A DNA stretch of 34,412 nucleotides. Origin: Catajapyx aquilonaris. Its lineage: Eukaryota. Both the position numbers and the translations under genes were made by a program. The notes under the pieces are model-generated. The model was given only the letters and a program-made list of their open reading frames with translations. It was not told where the DNA came from and did not search any database. Location: the NCBI GenBank assembly GCA_000934665.2, contig KZ538175.1, forward strand, positions 124,001-158,412, read 5' to 3'. The stretch's first letter is position 1. Every line of letters begins with the position of its first letter. This document shows positions 9,613 to 23,600 of the stretch, one piece after another.

Positions 9613-12600
9613 GAATGGCTATCTACCCGAGCAAGAGTATAATGAGTATATTCTTCACCACTCTTGACCCTGGTAACTCAACTCCACGATTCGAGCAGTC
9701 ATTATGTATATACGGGTCTAACATTTCCATACGAATTAATGAGATGAATGGAGCTACTTTTTACAAGGCATCACTGAGGTTTCGTCGGGTTCAAAATTGC
9801 AGTCTTAATTTCATATCTGGTTCACGTTCTACATGCAACTCACAACAATAATATTATTTCAAGCTTCTGCAGCATAGACACAACGAGTTATTCTTCCCTG
9901 AACTATGTATAGCTATCGCCATTCGTGTGATTCAAAAGCGCCTGCCAATAACCGATAGCCTTATGAATTTACATCATTAACCACTATAAGCTACACCGAC
10001 TAGATCCTAGTATTCTGGACAAAAATAATAACAAAAAAGCTACAACTGCCTGAATGTTCACCTTTTGTACCACCCTGAACATCATTATACTTCATGTGTG
10101 GACCTATACCTCTAAACTAAACAGTCGAAAGTCTCCCAAGTTCATTATTAATCAACACGGCGCATCATTCCTTCGGGGGCACATAAGCTATATATACGAG
10201 CGAAGCCAAATGGTGGCTTCAGGTTCACTTGTCACGTTCACGGAAGGTGAAAACTATGCGAAACTCAGAAAATCCCCGCAAGACAAAGGAAATTAAGCTA
10301 CACTACAGGTATATTAATCGCCTATTTACACATAATCAGACCCCAAAGACTCTTCAAGCGTCAAATAATGGATGAAACCGGAATAAGTATAGGCTATAAG
10401 GAGGAGCCTTTATAGGTGTAGCACATCCGATATGCCCCAACTTCATAATGGGACTAGAGTTAACCGGGGATGACTGGTAGTGACTGCAACTCTATTTACT
10501 GTGTGCGGCTCTCGTGCGGGTGTACTGTACTTTACAACACACCCTGGAAAGCGTAACTTCCAGGATAAAGTTGTTTATCCTAGAAGTGCTTGCCCGCTGA
10601 ATGGAAATGCCTAGCGGGTTGCTATAAACAGTTAGGATAACGTCAAGGCCATGACTTGCATCTGACACCGGCTTGTGTGAGACGCGGATTGTAGTCTCTC
10701 ATGCTTTTCAGTCTGGGTCTGCCTGGGTCAGTCTTTAACTTGACATGATCGCATTACTATGGTAGCTTCATTGGGTGAATTAGTGGGAAGGTACCGTACT
10801 GATACCAAACCATTCACTCCGAAAAACATTGGAGTTTTCCCTATAAATAAGTTCACTTACACATCCTATAGCTTACTATGAATTGTTCGGCTAAAACACA
10901 AATTCAACATTCATATGCGAGTCGCTATGAAAGGGCCTCCTAACACATTTTACAGACAGGCCTTGATCACAGCAAAGCTTTGCCATCCTCAGTCATCCAA
11001 TATGATCATTAGTCGACAGCATTCATAGGCCAATACCGCCATACCACTTGTACACCAGCAAAATTACAATCATTCAAATGGTTGTAGCGCTTTTGAGGTC
11101 GGCATCAGGTTGGATTCACTCTCACCGTCGTCGATATGCTGCTGGTGCAGGTTGAGTTCGGGTTGCATTTGGATTGCCTCATTTCCCGGCCGATGCTGCC
11201 GGGATTACACAGCCAAACAGCTTCCGTTCAGTAATATCCGGATGTCAAGCAGACCGATTTATCTTGGCACGTGCTGTTCCTTGTTGTTGTTTAACTGCAT
11301 CATTATAGGTCCATGCAAAATGTGCTCCGCGCGCGTCCAGGATGACGCTCGCTACAAAAAATGCATAATAAAGAGAGGTAAACAGCCCAAAACAGGTACT
11401 ATAGCCTGGGGCAGCTGCAAAAAATATATATCTGGTCCGGCCGTAGCTCACCGTTTGGGGTAGTTGATTTCAGTAATAATAAAATACGAGAGGTATAAAT
11501 TGAATACAACATGGAGAGCCCCCCTTACACAGAAAACCTGGATTTGTGGGCAGCTGCTCCACGTTGTGGAAGATATAAACCCGCCGTGGGATTAGGATCC
11601 TTTCTGGGCACCGTGTCAGTATTTTAGTCGGGTGCAGGAGTCCCCTCTCCCTGATTGAAAATTCCGTGTCCACCATCGGTTCCACTAGTCCATCACACCC
11701 GGGCTGAAATTGGTTGGCTTGTCATAATATGTCCCCAGGGTGAAAGCGGTGGGCAATTTTTCGCCTCCGCAAGACGATGGCTCAAAACCTCTTCTGCCTG
11801 TCGCAACTTGTGGGAGAAGCAATGGCAGAAACGTGACCCAGGCTGCTCAAAAGTCCGCTAAATGTCTAGATCCTTTATACACACTTTTCTTTGTTCCGCC
11901 TCCCGATGACAACAACTTTCATTTTGTCGCTAATCCCGCTTCTGGCCTTTGTGTTTGAAATTCCATTACGCGAGTGCCCTTTTTCTTCCTTTCATCCGCA
12001 TTGAATACCATTCTTTACATACCGCCGCCAGCCTTCTTGCAAAAATTCATATTACAGCTCCGGAGCATCATTTGAACTAGAGCTTTGTAAGCACACTTAA
12101 CAGCCCATCATAATTGGAGACAAACCCACTCGGAGCCCAATAACCACGTTTTCCTTTCCGCCCCGCAACGGCGTTTATTTGCAAAAGTCATTGGTGGTTC
12201 TCGAAAACAAGAGAGGAACTGTCATTGCGAAAAGAGCAGGATGAAACCGACCACCGTTCTCTGAGACAAGGGATCCCATTATACAAGATCAATACTCGAG
12301 GAAGTGCTTCAGTGCGCTACTTCTTCTTCTTTCCCCTCCTCCATCTCCAGACTGCTGAGCTTTCAGGAGGGGGGTCCGCCGCCCTTGGTAAGAAAAGAGC
12401 CGGAAAAGATACCCCTGCCTGCTTGCCCTTACAATATACAGGGTGTTTCGTTTAAACAGCCCAGCACTGCTTTGACGATCAGTATGCACAAGGCCCACCA
12501 GAAAATCCGGATTTCCTCCCCTTCCTATACCCTCCTTATCCACCAGCATGGCTCCTCCTCGTCAGTAGGAAAACTCACACTACGCCTTCTCCACGCTACG

Positions 12601-13911
12601 CCAGGCAACGTGACGCCATGTCTCGCTAGGCGACGCCACATTCCCTGCCACTAAAATTAAATCTACGGCTTAGAGTGGAAAAATGCAGGCTACGCAACAT
12701 GGCCCTCGCTTCCACAAGTTGTCGCATGATACGTGCTCAATGCCGATGACAAGACACGTCTGTACCTCATAATTCCCGTTCTACACCTAATCCTACCAGG
12801 CTTTGATGTGAAAACGTAGGGCACGCCATGTCACGCGTCACCACGCCACGCTGCGTCATCCCTCTGCCGGCCGGGCGCCGCTCCCTCTAAAAGCGATGGG
12901 TTCCTCTGTGAGCTACGCTTACCTTGGTCGACCCGGATTTTCAATCAGTTACTATATCGTGCCCTGCAATCAAGCAAGATTCGGGCTCCACAGAAGACTG
13001 CTCACAAAGGCTCCGACCATCCCCTCGATTCCGATTACCACTAGGCTCCTTGGCCCATAGAAAGCCTGTGGGGCTTCCAAGTATCAAATTCGCGTCTTTT
13101 CGAGCAGGTTCGGGCAGGTAAGGAGCATCTGCTCCCTCCACAAAATCTGTCACTTTCACGTTTCCACGACACTATGTTGCAGGCTGGGCTTTTTGATTTC
13201 GTTCCCAAACGACGACATGTGGTCCGCCATTCCAGTGGGGGCTTTAGCAGCTGGACCTGCTGTATTTCGAATCACGCCGGTATCGTGTGGCACTTTCCAC
13301 CTTCTGCATAATGAAAATCCGCAGTACTTGACTATTCATTGACTTGTTTCAGGGAGCAATTCGCCCACTTACTATAAACCCTTGGGATTGCTCCCGAAAT
13401 AACGCGCTTTCGTTCATTTTTTATTTCATTTCTTCCCAGAGGGGCTTGCAGGATTACTGATTAGTGTATAACCCCGGAGCCAGATTATTCCGATTATTGG
13501 CAAACTTACTCCGTACACCTCCATCTAGCTTAGTAGTACAGTGCAAACTTTCCCAATATGGCAAAGCTCCAGTGGCCGGCCTAATCGCCCAGTTTGAATT
13601 GCTCCATATTAAGTCAGTCAAGAGCTGCCATGTCGATTCTGGTCCAGTTTGAACTTCTGCACCTAAATTTACATAGCGATTACAGGCAGGATTTTTTCCC
13701 CCTACCGAGTGTCGTAACCTCTGCTTCCACTCGTGCCATGCGTTAACTCATGGTGCTGGTGTCCACTGTTCAAATGCGGAAGCTACTTGGTCCCGGTTTA
13801 AAATTAGCACCATGGCATCCAATTTCCAAACTGCATGCAGTTATAATGTCCAAAGTATGCAATGATTTATAACCAGAGTCGCATGCATCCACGCTCGCAA
13901 AATAATAACAC

Positions 13912-13938
13912 AAGAGAGAGGGGGGATGGGGAGATGGA

Positions 13939-13977
<39 letters not shown>
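13912..13977. repeat. purine-rich tract ending in (GA)n, truncated by an N at 13978
   Basis: Direct reading; perfect (GA)n over 13943-13977. Confidence 0.95.
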
Positions 13978-16263
13978 NCCCCCCTTCGCTAATGAGCGCT
14001 GATGTAATCTCTGGACCAATTTAGTAGTCCCTACCTTGTTACACTCGTAACACTTTGCGCTGTGCAGTCCCGCTTATTCGCAACGGATGGCAGAAATTAA
14101 TGTTATAATTAATTTTTATTTGGTCCAGGGTGCATATTTTTGAGTTAAACCTGGCATTCTTGTAACGTAAGATGGATTCTGCGCAGTAATCAGAGCGTCT
14201 TCGGATTGATCCTGGGTTACTTATGTGCGGGAGGAAGTACTTAGGCTTGGTAGGCAGTTTACTTGGCAGTTAGGAAAGCCAGCTGATTGATAACCACTGA
14301 CTGCGAGGTCGCTCGGCTATGAAGCCACCGTATCTGGTGTCAGAGCGAAATTTATAGAGGCTTTTTCGCCGGTAGGAGTGAGAGACACCTGCTTCATAGT
14401 ACGTGGGCGATCATTATTTTTAAAGAAGCGTAGAACTCTAGAACGAACTGGCAGGTAACATGCATAAAATATTTGTCGCCTAATTACCATAATATACGTA
14501 GGCTACTGTAGAGTGCTTTTAGGTGCGCGTCTGTAAAAATCCAAAACTTCCAGGCAACTATCATAAAAATATTACTTAATAGAAAATACATTATGATACA
14601 AGACTATAGACTACACTAGACTGTAGATAATAACGGTCGCTTGGAGGCGTATAAGCTACATTTTTTACAAAATAACCTCGAAATCATGCCACTTTTTCCT
14701 TATTGCCGACACCACTCCATATTTTTTTGTTACAGTCTCACAGTACATCTGGAGGAACCATACATTTCAAAGTCTGGTCAATGAACTACTTGAATGCTCC
14801 AGTTACGGCAGAATAGAGGTTTTGTTGGTATAAATATGGCGAAAAGCAAGCCATTATACTGCCTCCGCAATAGCATCCATTATATCCGCAGAATCATCAG
14901 TGCCAACCCAGACCATACATTACTGCGACTGTAAGAGTCTATTATTGGGCCATTGTTGTTAACCCCACGATCTCATCTGTAGAGTAAAGTGCAATAATAC
15001 CCCGCGGCCTCAAGTTATTGCTTGCAATATAAACACACTGGGGAGAGTCAACAGTTTTTTTTCTACTTGCCTCTATAATGACCCTTGACCCCGAGGTCTG
15101 TGCAGAGACATGGCTGTGCACATGCTAATGTTATATTGATTTGTTTGTTCTACCTCCGGCTAAATATTGATGAATGTGCGGCTGACGTGGTCCACCACTA
15201 TCCTGCTCCATTGTTCCATATATATCAGGTATAGTGTAAGCTCCTGTACTATACGTGATATATGTGAAAAACAATCACATTCAGCACTTTGTCAAAATTT
15301 TAAATCCATTCAATTCCTAGCAATTTCACCACATTATTCATAATCGCATGGTTTAACACTGCACACCAGCTAAGGCACGTGCTGTCCTACATCGGAATAT
15401 ATGTGCAGCTTATAACATACGATTTTTTGAATCAGCCATTTAGAAAGAGTATGACAATGCTTTTAGAGTAACAACACAAAGGGAATGTTTATCTTCATAA
15501 ACCAAGTCACATCGCCCAATATTTGCACGCCTGTTCAGGGCAGTAAACTTCCAACTATAGAGCAGAATCAACTACTACAGCATCGTAGTATTAATTTTGT
15601 ACAGCCACTTAGCTAACTGGCTCAAAATAGCTTCGGATCAATCAGCCAAGTGAGTGCACTGCTCTTGAGTTTGTGCTAGCCCTGCGTGAATAATGCATAC
15701 TGGGTGAGTCAAGATCAGAGCGCAATTTGTGCATCAGCATATTAATTTTCAAAAAATGATGTTTCAGCTTTTGAAAAAATATTCAAACAGCATATGATCA
15801 CATCTGAATTTCGATCGTTTGATACTTTTGTCAAGCCAGCTACACAACAAGCCTATATACTGTATATAGCCGGCTCTCTCGCGTCACACGGAGCTGCCGC
15901 CCGTTCCCACACCTGAGTGAATCTTACGCGCCGGGCTAGAAGGCAGACGTAAGTGAACCAGAAGTCTTGGTGGTCTGGCCGACAAGTGCTTAAATTCGTC
16001 TTACCATTTCAGGAGAAAAGTTATGCTGCACATGGCATATAATACTCAAATGTTCGGGATATTGAAAAATGATCGCTTTGATCATGAGCCAACGAGCGCG
16101 GATTAGAGTGGAAGTATACTGCATCCCTGGATAAAATGTCCTTAGTGGCCCGTGACCCTAGTGACTACATTTTTCTGGAATTCATTTCTCGAATCCGAAA
16201 GCCGGGGAGAACTGCCCCACATTCACGGGCATGCCATAGCTATAGTGCAAATACGTATGTGTT

Positions 16264-16589
16264 GGGGAGGCGGAGTGGTGCTGCGGTAACGTATGCGCCC
16301 ACGGATGTTAAGGTCCCGGGTTCGATCCCAGCCCGGGGACACCCCCTTCATCTCGTGCAGAGTTCAGGGTCACCTCTGGCTTCGTCTCGGGTGGTAATTC
16401 CAACAGACTAAACCACCCGGGGGAGTTCACTAAAAATGGCCACGTTTAAGACAATCACTGCACCTTGCACATCCCTTCCTGTCATCCTGCCCGTGGGCCC
16501 GGGCGCTACGTAAAAAGGCTCAAATGTACTTGATGTAATAAATAAAGGTCCGTGCTGCATACCTCAGATGAGGTCAAGCACTACCCCGG

Positions 16590-16662
<73 letters not shown>
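16264..16662 (+). mobile_element. tRNA-derived SINE (second family, different body) with long (TTA)n tail and target-site duplication
   Basis: Degenerate A box (GTGGTGCTGCGGT, about 16275-16287) and B box GGTTCGATCCC (16319-16329). Internal inverted repeat CGGGTGGT/ACCACCCG (16388-16420) and 3' hairpin ACCTCA-ga-TGAGGT (16561-16574). Tail (TTA)24 at 16591-16662. TAGTGCAAATA is present at both 16243-16253 and 16661-16671, extendable by TGTG with a 4-nt indel. Confidence 0.85.
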
Positions 16663-17569
16663 GTGCAAATATGTGCAAAATATGCTTTCATCAGATACTT
16701 GAAAATAATAAACTTGGACTGTTAACTGTAATAAAGTCATTCTTGGGAGTGGACACGTGGATCACCCTTCTAAAACACTTTTTAGCATAAGGCAAAGTAT
16801 AGTCAGCCCCATTGTTAACCTTATGCAAGAAATCACATGTTGGGTGAGGGTGTTCGCCACTCTTCCCCTTATATTCCCTCATGCCTCATAGCATTACGTT
16901 AGTTTCCTCAGCTCCTCCAATATACCAAACTAAACCAACATTATGCACCATTGTAAAGCAAGCAAATCTTCCACGCAGAATTTCAAACAATATCCGGTAA
17001 TAAACCCCCGATCCCTGTGGCAACTGCGTATCTTCAGTTGGGGGCACCTGCTCCCTTTCTCCACAAGTTTTCGCCTTGCATGAATGGATTACATCGTAGT
17101 GGCTTACTGATGACGGGCTGCCTTCAGAAGAAAGAGAGTGTACGGGCTCAAACTACTCAAAAAACTTTTTGATGATAACCGCTCTGTCCACTTCCTCTAC
17201 AGATTTACAGCATTTTCAGTTCTACAGAATTTACAGACAATGCATGCTGACTGACTGTCACTATGTCACATTTCGCAAAAAAAAAAATCCATTATCGGTT
17301 TTACCCTGCAAGTGTACACTATGTCGATTAAAGATCTCTCTCCTTTCCTCTCTTATAAACTGACAAGCTCCGAGTTCCGATAAGTACAGTAATTTAAAAT
17401 GTTCCGGACAATCCCCTTATTGAAAGGCTTTCTTCTTCAAGGATATTTCCAGTTTTCTTTCAGGGATTTCAAGATATTTGTGGTTTTTGTGCAATAGACT
17501 TTTACAAGCACTTGGGGATTTCGGAATAACAAATGCTCTTTCATGGAAAGAAGTTAACTTGCCAGTATC

Positions 17570-17603
17570 GGGGGCGGGAGGGGGGGGGGGGGNGGGGGGG
17601 GGG
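17570..17603. repeat. poly-G tract containing an assembly N (17593)
   Basis: Direct reading. Confidence 0.9.
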
Positions 17604-20600
17604 ACAATCCTCGATGCATTGTAAAAATCCTCAAAGTATCATTTAAAATAATTATTGCGTTCGTAATGAACGCAGGTCCACAGGAAGTATGGTGAATGTG
17701 AAAAAGATATCATAAACACTCGTTCATAATAGTTATAACCTGCTGACATTGGTTTTTACCCCCTAATAGCGAAATCTTGGCTACATCCCCACAGCCAGAA
17801 AAAAACAGCTTAATAATAGTCTACCCTCACTTTTTCCGATTGTAAACAATCAATTTCACTTTTTAGCCAAAAAAAAAGCACCAGACAATCCAGACGTGTA
17901 GTACACATAAGAGAGAAATAATCTATGCGATTGCAAGTATATAGAAAATCGGGTGGACCACTTCCTCTGGTGTTCCCCTCGAAGGCCACGTACAAGTTGG
18001 CCCCTGCTCCCCGTGGACTGTTTGGGAAATTGAGGAACTAATCAATCAAGTGGTGAAAGTTGCCACTTCGGAATGCAGCGGGGCCCAGCTGAGAGAGGCT
18101 GCAGCTCTACGGAGCTTTGGTTGCTACGGCTTTTATGTTTGGATTGGGTGCAGCAGGCGGGGCCCCTAACGTCGCTGCAGGGAAGACTGCTGCCACTTTA
18201 TTATATGGACCTCTCATTTCAAGCCGGACACTGCCATTTTTGAGCACTGCCTTCAGGTGGGCTCCAAATGCGACAAAGTGTGGTTCGCGGGCACAGGGTG
18301 GGTCATTTACAGTGAGTATATGTAGATGGTGGTTGCACCAATGAGAGCCATGAAGAATATTCCTACATGTGTCTTCCCATTTCGCTCAGTATATTAGCTT
18401 GCCAATGCAGGTCATTAAATTTGGACGTTTAAATGCCGATGTATTTACATTTAGCTCATATACCACGTTCTCATATTTAAAAATTATGCAGATTAGAGCT
18501 TGCAGTAATTGCCTGACGGGTATGTGCTGACGGTTGGAATGTGTTACCACCAATTTATCCCCTATATATGATGCGTCTGCTGCTATAGTGCAATAATAAA
18601 TTGTAGGCTACTCGCAAAAATGCATGGCTAATTTTAAGGTACTAATGAAAAATATTCTTGGGGCATTCCTGAATATTTGCTATACTTTGAAAACAGATGT
18701 TTTTCAATGAGTGTACGGTACACAAACTCGCAACATACGCCATCTATTTATCACCGTGCTTAAAATACAAGCATGAATATAGCCTATACTTCTTATACTA
18801 AACAGCTTCTTTGCATGGTTATCCTATACTAGTCAGACAAACCGTAGTAACAGTTTCAGTCATCCTGTATACTGGAATACCCTTGATATTTAAAATACGA
18901 AATTCAGCGAGCCGCATTTCTACTAAACGGACATGAACCTTCATGCGCCAGTTTATCCCCTTGCGTAAAAAGAGACAAACCGTTTTGAGGTCAACAGGGC
19001 GCATATCTAAAATACACTCGCTTCATGTGCTTATTTGGAAAATCACGATTCACTGCATAGACTCCCTAATACAGGCTGACAAATGAGGGGGGTATAATTA
19101 ATGAGACCTTGCTTGCCCTGTCGAGCCCGCTGCCAGCCTCAAATTTGGAAAATACGATCAGATATTGCATCCAGAAAGGAATATCGCTGAATGGCAATGT
19201 TATTACACTCCAGCCTTTTTTTCTCTCTCCTTGACCCGGTGCAGAATATCCTTGTCTAAGCATACCTTGACCCGAACATGTAGATGTTAAACATGGGAGA
19301 GCGATCATTTATTGGCGGTGTCTTTTGTATTATTATTATTATCAAAAACTGCAGTGCGTACAGGAACAATATTAAGCTAACAGCCACATACACATGAGAT
19401 AATAAGTTCATCATCTGACACATATACCCTAGCACCGTACATTGCGGGATGATTCTTTAGAAGTTAGAGGCAAGTGTCCAACAGTGATTGGAAAGAAAGC
19501 AAAATGCAGCGCCGAGGCAGGAATAAGATGAAAAATGATTAGATCCGCGGCTTTGAACCTCCTCAAGAAGCAGGCTGCTAATAACGGCCAAACCCGTTGA
19601 TGCCCTTTAATTCCACGTCTTTCAGGAAGGCCATATCTGAGACATTTCGTCGCCATTAATTCCACGACTGCATAGCAGGATGTTTACCCTGAGCCAAAAT
19701 GAGGTTAGTCAACCCCCAACTTTCGCCAACAACAACTTCTCATTTTCAGAATCCCCAGCTTGAACAATGTTGGGCAGCCCTCCTCCAATCCAAATCCTTT
19801 CAAAAGTCACATACAGAAATGAAAAAGGCTTCCTCAAATTGCTTTCTTTATCGAGGCCATAACAATACAAGGCGGGTGTCGAGACCTTTCCGATGCAACA
19901 AACACCCCGGTCCACAAATTTGGCCACCGTGCGGAACCACGTTTCAAACCCGATGGAAACAGTCGTAATTTCCCGTTCAAAACATTATGTACACAGTGTC
20001 TTTTACGGAGTCTCGTAGGTCCTATCTGGGACGCCATTTTTGATGCCACGTCTTGATACCTCACTCCCTAAAGGAAGCGGGCTAGGAAATTACCTGCGCC
20101 ATCACTCTTCCGTATATGTCGGGCCTCCATGTACCGTTTCTCTAGGTCTCTTCGTCGTTTCTAATGCAAAAGGCCGTGGAGACAAATAAATGTAAAGTTT
20201 CACCCACCTATACCAGTGTAAGCTACGGGTGCTAGCCTCTCTTAATGAAACGTAACTATGTAACAACCACTAGACAATTTTAAGAGACATTTTAATTCAC
20301 TTTCATCTTACAATTCTTGTGCTTTGAAGTGCATGTTGCCCAATAGGGCACATATATTAAAACCATACCAAGAATGCTAATTTTACTTCGAGTTCCCTGA
20401 AATCTTCCACATCCAAAAATTGGCGCCCATGCCCCTTTAAAAAAATCACAGCCCAGGGTTACATCCGTGCCTGTTGACCTGGCAGCGATATTTGAAGTCG
20501 AATGACTGGAAATGTCTGTCCAGCATGTACCATCTGCGCATATGCGACCCCATCCATCAGCCCCAAGTCTTGGCATTCAGCCGTCGTCATTATTTCCCGA

Positions 20601-23600
20601 CGCTTACTCAAATTTATGTTCCAAATTAAGATGCACTGGCAGAAAACCAAAAGGAAAGGAAAGGGGGAGAAAAAAAAAGGAAGGAAAACCCCCGAGTGGG
20701 TTCGATCTCTGCGGCCGGGACTCGGCACAAAAATCGTGCCCGGAAAAAGAAGATGGTAGAAAAAGTGAGCCATACCTTACGACTCTAGATGCAAGGCAAT
20801 TCCTCATGCATATAAAGTCATGCCAGACGCTGAAGAGACACTCGTACATGTCAATGCCACACTCGGCCTGCCCAAAGAGCTCAGATTTACGAGCAACAGA
20901 GTGGAGAAGGAAACAAATTCTGAAGCTGCAGAGAACCAAATACGATCTTTGGTAGGAAATACCGTGGAAACATTGTCAATCCGAACACCTATCGCATCTC
21001 CAATCCTTTCGTCTCAGGCAATCTCGTCTGGCAGTTTCGCAGTCACAGCTTCCCACAACCTAGTGCACATATCGCGTCAGGCACTTCACAAGGATTTATC
21101 GTGCTCATTCATTGTATGGCATGATTACGTCACACAACCCCGTCGTAACATATATTACAAAAGCCATCATGTAGCAGTGTAGTGTCCATGACCTAAGTGG
21201 GAGGCACTAAACCAACTTTAAAATTTGGAGCAATATTAAATCCATTACTGAAATTGTGCCTGTCATGAGAGAAAATTTTAAACAACGTAAAACTACACAT
21301 CCTCGTTAGGCATGCAAAATTCGCTATAGAATTGATAGTGCAGAAAACAAAAGACATTCTAGTGGGCATGTAGACTATTACGTACTATACATACACAAAG
21401 AGGATTTACACACCTCAATAATTATATCTGTTCAATGGCTAAACACATGAAAGCTTTTGTCATTAGAAACTCATAGTTAAACACCGCTCGGTTGGGGGAA
21501 AAAATCCGCAAAGCCGGTTGGTCATGCATACCAAACTGCGCTTGGCATATAGGTAGAGTACACCACAAACCCCGGTGTTCCAGGATACACTGTCCATCCA
21601 TTATTTCACTTGGGTGCTACAGGATGTTGCAGATAACCTGTCAACAGTATCAAAGAGGTTCACAACTTCACACGGATGCATATGGCTGTCACACTACAGT
21701 ATGTCAAGTCACTGACTGCATTTCCACTCAAGTGAGATGTGCTTACTTCTGGTACATCATTCATGTTTGTCACTGTTTTCATTACAAAAGAGACAAAAAC
21801 GGCAAACTATGAAGGTGTGTTCCCAGGCTCACGAGAGCTTTGCAGCGAATTCCAGACTTTTTAGCGTAAGCGATCAGTCAACCGACCAATGGGTTACGAG
21901 AATATTGGCTTCTAACTCGCTCACGCTTTAGCTACGACCGATTCTCGCGAGTTTATGTAAACACCTTGATCCTTCCATCACTAAAGTTCCACCTCTACAA
22001 ATTGCAGCGTCATTTATCGCTGCTTAAAAAACTTTGCCACCTATTCACTTTTTATCCCCATTAAAATGAGCCTCTCTCATCCTAAATATTCGAGATAGTA
22101 TTTTGATATAAGCTAGTGTCGCACGACAACAGACTGCTTGAAGATTGGACTCCGTGTCCTGAGTCGCAATAATGAGTGTCGGTTCTGCAAGTGTCAGATT
22201 TCCATACAGATAGATCCGAGCGGTGTTCTGCCGTCGTTCTCATTCGCATAAATTGTCTCGCACAAATCAAGGTGCGGAATGGAAAAGCGGCTCACGCAGG
22301 GGCCCCAACCGTATATTAATAGCCCATCATCACTGCAATTAAATCTTACTTATGTCATAAATATTTCCAAGCGGGAGGCCAAAACACGTGCAAATTATCT
22401 GATAGCGCTGAGTACGAGGAAAGAGAAATGGACTGGTGCAATTAAACTCTAGCGAAACACCAACTGTTGACTTCCTCTATGGTGATAGAAAGAGGAATAT
22501 ATTTCCGATAACATAGGGCTAAGAAGTCAATGTTTCTCATTGATCCATGCTGGCAAAGCACAATCGCAAAATTTGGTGCGGGGCAAAAAGCTCGGCATAA
22601 TGGCTTTCATCTTGCGGAAGGCACAAATGGCCAAAATTAATAAATCAGTAGTCTATATGGCCATCGCTCAGGGATAATAGCCATTCACCACTCTCCCTTT
22701 GAATCGAACAATAATTTGTTGAACCCTTGGGCTCCAGCAATGGCTGAACACAAAATTTGCCTCTAGGAACCCCCAAAATATATGATCATAGTTTTCCGAT
22801 TATGAAATGTGAACCAATGAGCCACAAATGGAATATAGTACAACAAAATTTCTATTTCACTAACGTCTGGCATAAATCACTGATGCATGTACGAGCCAGC
22901 AATTAGCAACTTCCCGCACTCCAGATGCAACCACAAGAAAACACCTCGTAATTATGTGTGGGATTTTTTTTCATCGTCCTGGATACTCTCTGATAAACAC
23001 TGAACTTGCTAAATACCTGTGGTATTGTGCGCTGATGGTATCATGTCTATATACCCAGTACTGGTGGCCCAAGTAGTCTGTGCAGCCGATTACTTCTTCA
23101 GACCTTGGCCAGTCCAGTTAACTCATGCCTTGAAGGTCGATTCTCGGGAATAATGCGATATTATCAGGAGCACCGACTTGTTGGGTCTCCTTCTAGATCA
23201 GCTCAATCTGAGTAAGATAATCGGTGCTCTGACCTTCACCGTGAATTCACAAGATCGGTACACCATGACGAAAAGCATGCGCATAACTAATTAAGTTATT
23301 ACGAGTTCCCACTTGCATTTGGCCAGCTCGCGAATGTGCATGGGTGTCCAATTTCAATGATTTATTTGTGTCACAAGTGGAGATCGTCTCGCAATGGACT
23401 GGCGGCGCTCGACAACCATTCGATCTATGTAAACAGTAAAACTGGACGTCAAATGGCCACTGCAAATCGCTATACGATCCTGCGAAAATATGGCCTCATC
23501 CGGAACACTATTTCCCAGGACATAACTTTTGCCGGATTGGCACACTTGGCCCGATACCAATCAATCATTTTTTTACTGCCCAATGCCACAGTATTGCAGT

